This document shows positions 58,202 to 64,000 of a stretch of DNA of 64,000 nucleotides, piece by piece. This DNA is from an uncultured Acidimicrobiia bacterium (GTDB lineage Bacteria > Actinomycetota > Acidimicrobiia > Spongiisociales > UBA11373), in NCBI GenBank assembly GCA_964511945.1, contig CAZEHO010000004.1:41193-105192 (forward strand). Reading direction: 5' to 3'. Under the pieces are notes generated by a model. It was not told where the DNA came from. It was given only the letters and a program-made list of their open reading frames with translations, and did not search any database. Positions within the stretch are counted from its first letter, which is position 1. The number at the start of each line of letters is the position of its first letter. Both the position numbers and the translations under genes were made by a program.

Positions 58202-59023
58202 TCACTGGGACATCCCCTTGGCACGCTCGCCGAGTTCACGCGACCGCTGAGCGGCAGCCTGGACGGCGTCTTCGACCAATGCCCGGAAGCCGCCCTGTTC
58301 GAGGATGTGGACGGCGGCGGCGGTGGTCCCACCCGGCGAGGTGACCTGAGCGCGCAGCGTTTCGGGCCCGTGATCCGATCCCCGCAGCAGGACGCCGGCG
58401 CCTTTCATCGTCTGCTCGACGAGGCGCTCGGCGGCGTGGCGGGGCAGGCCCTCGCGAATGGCGGCTTCGGTGAGCGCCTCGGCCAGAAGGAAGATGTATG
58501 CGGGCCCGGTACCGGACACCGCGGTGACGGCATCAAGGAGATCCTCGTCGAGTTCGATGGTCTCCCCGACCGCACCCATCACCGCTTCGGCGAGTTCGAC
58601 CGCGTCGGGCCCGGCGTGCTCACCACCGCACAGCGCAGTGATGGCCTCATCGAACTGAGCCGGCGTGTTGGGCATCACCCGAACCACCGGCACGTCGACT
58701 AGTGAACTCTCCAGCAAGGCGGTCGGCACACCTGCGGCGAGCGACACGACGACCTGCTCGGTCGTGATTGCTCCCTCCACCTGGGTGAGCAGCTTCGGGA
58801 CATCTCCCGGTTTCACCGCGATCACCACGACCTGCTTGCCGGCAACACCGGAGACCGGGTCGACCAGAACCTGCAGTCCGGTGTTGGCGGCCACCTCTTC
58901 GCACCGCTCCTCGTGGCGGTCGACGAGCACGATGTCGTCGGGCTCCCATCCGGCGCGCAGCAAGCCGCCGGCGAGGACCTCGCCCATGGCTCCGGCACCG
59001 AGGATGGCAACGCTTGGATGCAT
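58202..59023 (-). CDS. proC: Pyrroline-5-carboxylate reductase
   Basis: GAGAMG, AVKP, RVMPNTP, TAVSGTGPAY, VTSPGGTT. Confidence 0.96.
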   Translation of the reverse strand: MHPSVAILGAGAMGEVLAGGLLRAGWEPDDIVLVDRHEERCEEVAANTGLQVLVDPVSGVAGKQVVVIAVKPGDVPKLLTQVEGAITTEQVVVSLAAGVPTALLESSLVDVPVVRVMPNTPAQFDEAITALCGGEHAGPDAVELAEAVMGAVGETIELDEDLLDAVTAVSGTGPAYIFLLAEALTEAAIREGLPRHAAERLVEQTMKGAGVLLRGSDHGPETLRAQVTSPGGTTAAAVHILEQGGFRALVEDAVQAAAQRSRELGERAKGMSQ

Positions 59024-59090
59024 GAGCGCTGAGTGTAGGAGTCGGCGGGGCGCGTAGCGGATTGCGTCTGCCGCGTAGGCTTGCCCTGCG

Positions 59091-60400
59091 ATGTCACCGC
59101 GGATTCGCAACTGGTCGGGCGAGCACACCTGGCGTCCCAACGCGGTTCACCACCCTGCAGATGAGGATCAGGTAGCGGCTTCGATTCGCCGTGCCGCAGA
59201 CCGCGGTGGCCGGTTGAAGCCGATCGGGGCGGCGCTCTCGTGGTCGAACACAGCCGAACCGATCACCGACGCTGTCCGATTCGACCGGATGGACCGAGTG
59301 CTGTCGGTCGATCGCGAACGCCTCGAGGTCAGACTGCAAGCCGGTGCCCGACTCGACAAGGTGAACGAAGTACTCGCCACCGAAGGAATAGCGCTAGACA
59401 ACTTCGGATCGATTGTCACGCAAACGGTCGCCGGGTATCTGGGGACCGCTAGCCACGGAACAGGGGCACGCACCAACTGCTCTCGGCCGAGGTCCGCGCA
59501 ATGCGCCTGGTGGACGGCCGCGGGAACCTCCACGAGCTGAGCCCCGACCGCGAGCCGGGGTTGTTCCGAGCTGGATGCGTTCATCTCGGGTGTCTCGGGA
59601 TCGTTTCGGAGGTCACCTTGGCGTGCGTCGAGGCATTCGATCTTGAGGAGGACCTGGACACGGTCGACTTCGACACTGTCCTCGAGGATCTGCCTCGCAT
59701 GCTGGCCGACAATGACCATCTGAAGCTGTGGTGGCTACCTCCGAGTGACCGCTTCCTCGTCTACCGCTTCAATCGGTCGACCGCCCCGCGCACCAAGCCG
59801 GGCATCAAGGGCTTCATCGATCGCAGCGGACTGTCGGGCTTCGGCTTTGCCGGGCTCATCGGCTTGACCCGAGCCTTCCCGAGGATCACACCGGTTGTGA
59901 CCAGGACGGTAGAGCGGGTCGGGTTCACCCCTGGGGTTCGAGTTGATCGCAGCGATCGAATCATTCCCTATGCGGGCTCGATCCCAAGGCACTATGAGAC
60001 CGAGTACGCCATCCCAATCGATCGGGCGTCGCAGGCTCTCGACGCCATTCGCCGTACGGTCCTCAAGGCACGTCACTATCGCGTGAACTTCCCGTTCGAG
60101 GTGCGATTCGTTGCCGCCGACGACATCCCGATGAGCCCGGCGTACGGACGCGACGTCTGCTTCCTCGGCGCCTACGTCGCCAGCCGGAAGTGGGCCGGCG
60201 GATACTTCTCTGATTTCGAGGCACTGATCGCCGGCTTCGAGGGCCGTCCTCACTGGGGGAAGACGTTCAGTCGTACCGCATCAGAGCTGCGCTCGCTGTA
60301 TCCCGAGTACGACGAGTTCGATTCGCAGCGCAGGACCTGCGATCCGGCAGGCGTGTTCCGCAATCCCTTCGTAGACCGGGTGTTCGACCTGCAGGGTTGA
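59091..60400 (+). pseudogene. FAD-linked sugar-lactone oxidase (ALO/GULO-like) with one frameshift near 59475
   Basis: NWSG, FAD-binding region, TASHGTG, then frame change to LLSAEVRAMRLVDG...EVRF...GRPHWGK...DPAGVFRN; may be a sequencing indel. Confidence 0.8.
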
Positions 60401-60415
60401 CCCAAGCGGGCGGGA

Positions 60416-60665
60416 CTAACGGCTTGCGGATCGCTCCCACACCAGGTGCTCGATTCCGCTCCGTTCGATCGGATCGAGCCGCGGCGACATCCCGAGGCGC
60501 CGGGCAAGCGCCTCGGAGCGCTCGTTATGGACAGCAATGTCGGCGATCAGCGGGTCCAGCTCGAGATCGTCGAACCCGTGCTCCATCACCCGAGAGGCAG
60601 CCTCGGTGGCGGAGCCCCGACCCCAGTGGGTGCGGACGAAGTGCCACCCCATCTCGATTTCGAGC
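60416..60665 (-). pseudogene. RimJ-type GNAT acetyltransferase, C-terminal half only
   Basis: EIEMGWHF..HWGRGSATEAA...NERSEALARRLGM; no N-terminus. Confidence 0.65.
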
Positions 60666-60906
60666 AGTATTCAGTAACTCGCGGAAGATGGCCCTCCTCG
60701 AGCATGTAGTGCCTTCGGTCGGAGAATCGCCTAGCTAAGCGTTGGGACCACAATCACACGTCGAATCAGGATCACCGACAGTAGGCCCTACGGGGTCGAA
60801 CAGGTCAAGTGGAAAGAGACGGTTGGAAGGTTTCTGTAGGGGTCCCGAGAAACCGGATCACCTCTCCATGCCTACTGAGGCTCCGGCAAGGGGCCCGGGG
60901 CGACAC

Positions 60907-61221
60907 TCAGCCGGATTCACCGAAACGTTGATATGCCTCGGCGCAGGCTCGGTCCCAGCCAGCTTCTCCGGTCCAGTAGAACTCAAACGATCTGAACTCG
61001 AAGTCGTCGGGGGAGAACAGTTCTGAGCCAACACCCGGTTGCCCGGCCTCACCGAGCTCGATGCCTACCTGCCCGTGCAGATCTCTGTTCCTATTGCACC
61101 AATCCTCCGCATCCTCGGAGAGGGACGGGAGCGTCTGCTCATCGGACGGAGATGAGTCACCGCTGCTGCATGCAGCAGCGAAGACGATCAGGGTCGCGAT
61201 GACGACAATGGCACGGTTCAC
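60907..61221 (-). CDS. Putative small lipoprotein
   Basis: GGGAG RBS, GTG start, lipobox FAAAC, two further Cys. Confidence 0.65.
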   Translation of the reverse strand: MNRAIVVIATLIVFAAACSSGDSSPSDEQTLPSLSEDAEDWCNRNRDLHGQVGIELGEAGQPGVGSELFSPDDFEFRSFEFYWTGEAGWDRACAEAYQRFGESG

Positions 61222-61576
61222 GGTCTCCCTCCCGAGTGCGGCTCGCGCCATCCTGTCATGTCGAACCGGAGACTCCAAGGCCACCGGTTGCGTTCCTCCA
61301 ACTGCCAACTGCAACCTCGGTATCGGCTGCGGCCTGTCGCAACAGGTGGTGATCTGGTGGCACGCCGGCACCATCGGTCCAGCGCCAACTCACAGGATCG
61401 ATCCGAGATGAAACCGAGTCGCAGCGAAGTCCTGACAGGATTCTGAGGGGCTTGACTTGTCGTTTGGTGCTCGCATACCGCGATTGCGCCGACTGTCTAC
61501 GGGCTGAGGGGACAGTCCGCCAGACTTGATCTGGGCTTGTTTCACCCGGCGCAGGCGGGCACCAGGAATCAGTGAG

Positions 61577-61748
61577 CTAGTGCCACGTCACAAAACGTTT
61601 GGCGGGTTCAGGTGCGGCTCAGGACGCCTCCGGCTGTGTCCTCGCCCTTGACGCACGCATCCGAGTGCGCCTGCGGGACTGCGTCCTTGCCGGGCGACGC
61701 CCTGAGCTCGCCCTGAAACCTCGCCAACGTTATGAGACACGGCACTAG
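61577..61748. mobile_element. 172-bp palindromic non-autonomous element (MITE/REP-like)
   Basis: Ends CTAGTGCC...GGCACTAG with imperfect self-complementarity throughout (AACGTT, TGGCG/CGCCA, TTCAGG/CCTGAA, CTCAGG/CCTGAG, CCGGC/GCCGG). Confidence 0.75.
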
Positions 61749-62029
61749 GCGTACGCTTCGCGTCGATTCACAGCTTCAGTCGGCTGCTACTCAACCCGAG
61801 AGCTTCGCCAGCCTGAACGGAAGCACAGCGAACTTCTGAAAGGGGTGCTGAGGCACTACACCCGCGGCCCATCGACCTCGCCATCGAGCTCGGCCGATCC
61901 TGATCCTCTCGCGGGTCGGCTGTGCCGGAGAAGGGGTCGATCGCGCACTGGCTCAACCTGAGATGGCTGAGCGGTGTCTCAACGGGATCGGTGCCAAGCC
62001 GAAGCGAATCGCAGCGAAGTCCTGACAGG

Positions 62030-62164
62030 GGTCCCGACATTGCCCTCGGAGTCGATCCCAACCTGACCGGAGATGTGAACCAGGTATTGAGAGGACGATC
62101 TCACAACGTGGTGATAGAGAGGCCGAGCTGCCAAACCCGCTGGGTTCATCCTTTGGATTTCCAT
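62030..62164 (-). pseudogene. RidA-family N-terminal fragment
   Basis: MEIQRMNPAGL...YHHVV...VHISGQVGIDSEGNVG; homology ends at the IS-end-like repeat. Confidence 0.65.
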
Positions 62165-62362
62165 GAAGGGACGGTAGTCAGGGATGAGCCTCTCGGTGGC
62201 GCAACCTTCCCTCCGACAAGCCATCGTGGGATGGCCAGCGTTCGGAATGTGCCCGGAGCCCGGTTCGATACGTGGTGCCCGGGAAATCAACTCGCGCAAC
62301 CACCGGATTCGGCTTCGGGCCCCGTAACCCGCTGACGACCAATCACCCGGGGCGGCGACCAC

Positions 62363-64000
62363 TCAGCCGTGGTCGCGGATCACCGTGATGAACTGGTCGC
62401 CGTACCGTTCCAGCTTGGTAGGACCCACCCCAGACACGGCCAGCAGTTCGGCGTCTGTCTTCGGCCGCGCCGCCGTCATCTCCAGGAGGGTGGCATCGCT
62501 GAACACCACGTACGCCGGCACACCGCGTTCATCGGCCAGCCGTTTGCGCAGGTCGCGCAGGGCCTCGAACAGCGGTGTGCCACGGAGATCATCGGTTGCC
62601 GGGCGGGTTCCCGGGATCGACAGGCCGAGGGTGTCCGCCGCCCGGGGCCGGGCCAGACCTTCGAGTACATCGGCGTCGGTGCAAACGTCACAGGAGGTCG
62701 CGCAGCGATCGATCTGCTCCCCGAAGTGCGCGGCGACCGTCTGGTGGCGGCAGGAGGACCCGTCGGCCCAATGGAACATCGCCCGAATCTGGCGGCTGTG
62801 GAACTCTGCGGTTTCCTCGCCGGACATCATCCGGTCCAGGTTGATCACGTCGGCCCATGAGTAGAAGAGAATGCAGTCGCTGTCGACACCGTCGCGGCCG
62901 GCCCTGCCGATCTCCTGGTAGTAGCCCTCGATCGATTTCGGCATGTCGCGGTGGATGACGAACCGTACGTTCGACTTGTCGATCCCCATGCCGAAGGCGA
63001 CGGTGGCACACACGACCTCCACGTCATCTCGGATGAAGGCGTCTTGCACCGCGGTGCGCTCCTCGGCCCCCATCCCGGCGTGATAGGCAGCCGCAGGGAT
63101 CCCGAGACTCCGAAGGTATTCCGCGGTCGATTCGGCGGCCTTGCGCGACAGCGTGTACACGATCCCGCTGTCACCTCTCCGAGCCAGGCAGAGCCTGCCG
63201 ATGGAGTCCTTCACTCGAACCCTGCGGCCGCCGTGCTCGCCCTTCTTGATCGCCGAGATCCGGAGGCCGGGGCGGAAGAAGGTCCCCCGGAATCCCACCG
63301 GATCGACGAGGCCGAGCTGGCCTTCGATATCCCGGGTCACCTCAGGGGTGGCGGTGGCCGTCAGTGCCAGGACCGGAACGCCGAACCGGGGCTTGAGACC
63401 GCGCAGGTTCCGATACGCAGGTCGGAAGTCATGACCCCACTGAGAGATGCAATGCGCCTCGTCGACGGCGATGAGCCGCAGATCCACATCGTCGAGAGCC
63501 CACCCGACCGAGGCCTCGAGCCCTTCCGGAGCGGCGTACACGATCTCGTACTCCCCGCGCCGCAGCGCGGCGACCCGACGGCTGCGCTCGTCCGGTTCGA
63601 TGCTCGAGTTGAGGAAGGTCGCCCGCATGCCCATCTCATCGAGGGCGTCTACCTGGTCCTTCATGAGCGCAATTAGCGGTGAGACGACGAGGGTCGTGCC
63701 CCCCAGGATCCGGGCCGCCATTTGAAAGGTGAGTGACTTCCCGGCACCGGTCGGCATGATCCCCACGGTGTCGCGCCCGGCCAGGACCGCCTCGACGATC
63801 TCGCGCTGTCCGGGCCGGAACGACGAGAACCCGAAGACATCGCGCAGGGACGGTTCCACAGCGGCCAGACGTCGCTCGACCAGAGCGTCGGCGAGATACC
63901 TGATCTCGGCAACCACGTCCTGCGAGAACAGGTCGGGCTCCTCCGGCCACCGCCGGCGCAACGCGGTGAGGACGGCCCCCGCAGCATGGAGGTCGTCCTC
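62363..64000 (-). CDS. recQ: ATP-dependent DNA helicase RecQ (5' end at or beyond the window edge)
   Basis: [42 protein letters not shown], Zn-binding Cys, HRDC ([12 protein letters not shown]); frame open to 64000. Confidence 0.95.
   Translation of the reverse strand, partial: EDDLHAAGAVLTALRRRWPEEPDLFSQDVVAEIRYLADALVERRLAAVEPSLRDVFGFSSFRPGQREIVEAVLAGRDTVGIMPTGAGKSLTFQMAARILGGTTLVVSPLIALMKDQVDALDEMGMRATFLNSSIEPDERSRRVAALRRGEYEIVYAAPEGLEASVGWALDDVDLRLIAVDEAHCISQWGHDFRPAYRNLRGLKPRFGVPVLALTATATPEVTRDIEGQLGLVDPVGFRGTFFRPGLRISAIKKGEHGGRRVRVKDSIGRLCLARRGDSGIVYTLSRKAAESTAEYLRSLGIPAAAYHAGMGAEERTAVQDAFIRDDVEVVCATVAFGMGIDKSNVRFVIHRDMPKSIEGYYQEIGRAGRDGVDSDCILFYSWADVINLDRMMSGEETAEFHSRQIRAMFHWADGSSCRHQTVAAHFGEQIDRCATSCDVCTDADVLEGLARPRAADTLGLSIPGTRPATDDLRGTPLFEALRDLRKRLADERGVPAYVVFSDATLLEMTAARPKTDAELLAVSGVGPTKLERYGDQFITVIRDHG

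Larger units (their letters stand above)
60825..62037. repeat. Four co-oriented IS-end-like repeats
   Basis: TCGCAGCGAAGTCCTGACAGG exact at 61419-61439 and 62009-62029; variants at ~61824-61851 and ~60825-60848. Confidence 0.6.

Noticed and set aside
61790-61820. TCAA-N16-GCCTGA as a fifth sigma28-type promoter
   Set aside because: The -10 is imperfect and no credible gene lies downstream.
60825-62037. Repeats as a CRISPR array or integron attC sites
   Set aside because: Spacing is irregular (~185-590 bp), no cas or integrase gene is present, and no attC-like GTTRRRY/RYYYAAC hairpin was recognised.

Overview
High-GC actinobacterial chromosomal segment. Gene content (fused kgd/sucA, clpS-DUF2017, DUF3039, DUF222-HNH, glnE, XRE plus HBHA-like pair, actinobacterial Tad locus) suggests Actinomycetota, possibly Acidimicrobiia (inference). 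About 50 intact CDSs: housekeeping genes (mgtE, glnE, aroF, clpS, kgd/sucA, rsgA, proC, proline dehydrogenase, pspA, recQ), a 3249-aa Ig-repeat surface protein next to a sensor kinase, a GGDEF diguanylate cyclase, a Tad/Flp pilus operon, an orphan DNA methyltransferase, and at least eight broken or remnant genes. I recognised no rRNA, tRNA or CRISPR array. The strongest unexplained signals are non-coding. (1) Four copies of a sigma28/WhiG-type promoter (TCAA/TACG-N16-[G/A]CCGA) precede the giant adhesin, its kinase, the diguanylate cyclase and an unannotated 59-aa Zn-finger gene. (2) A 28-codon leader peptide with mutually exclusive hairpins overlaps the rsgA ribosome-binding site. (3) A perfect DnaA box lies in the orphan methyltransferase promoter. 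(4) Four co-oriented IS-end-like repeats and a 172-bp palindromic element form a cassette-like patch at 60.66-62.04 kb. (5) Several genes appear to start at CTG. All family assignments come from motif recognition by eye; no database searches were run.
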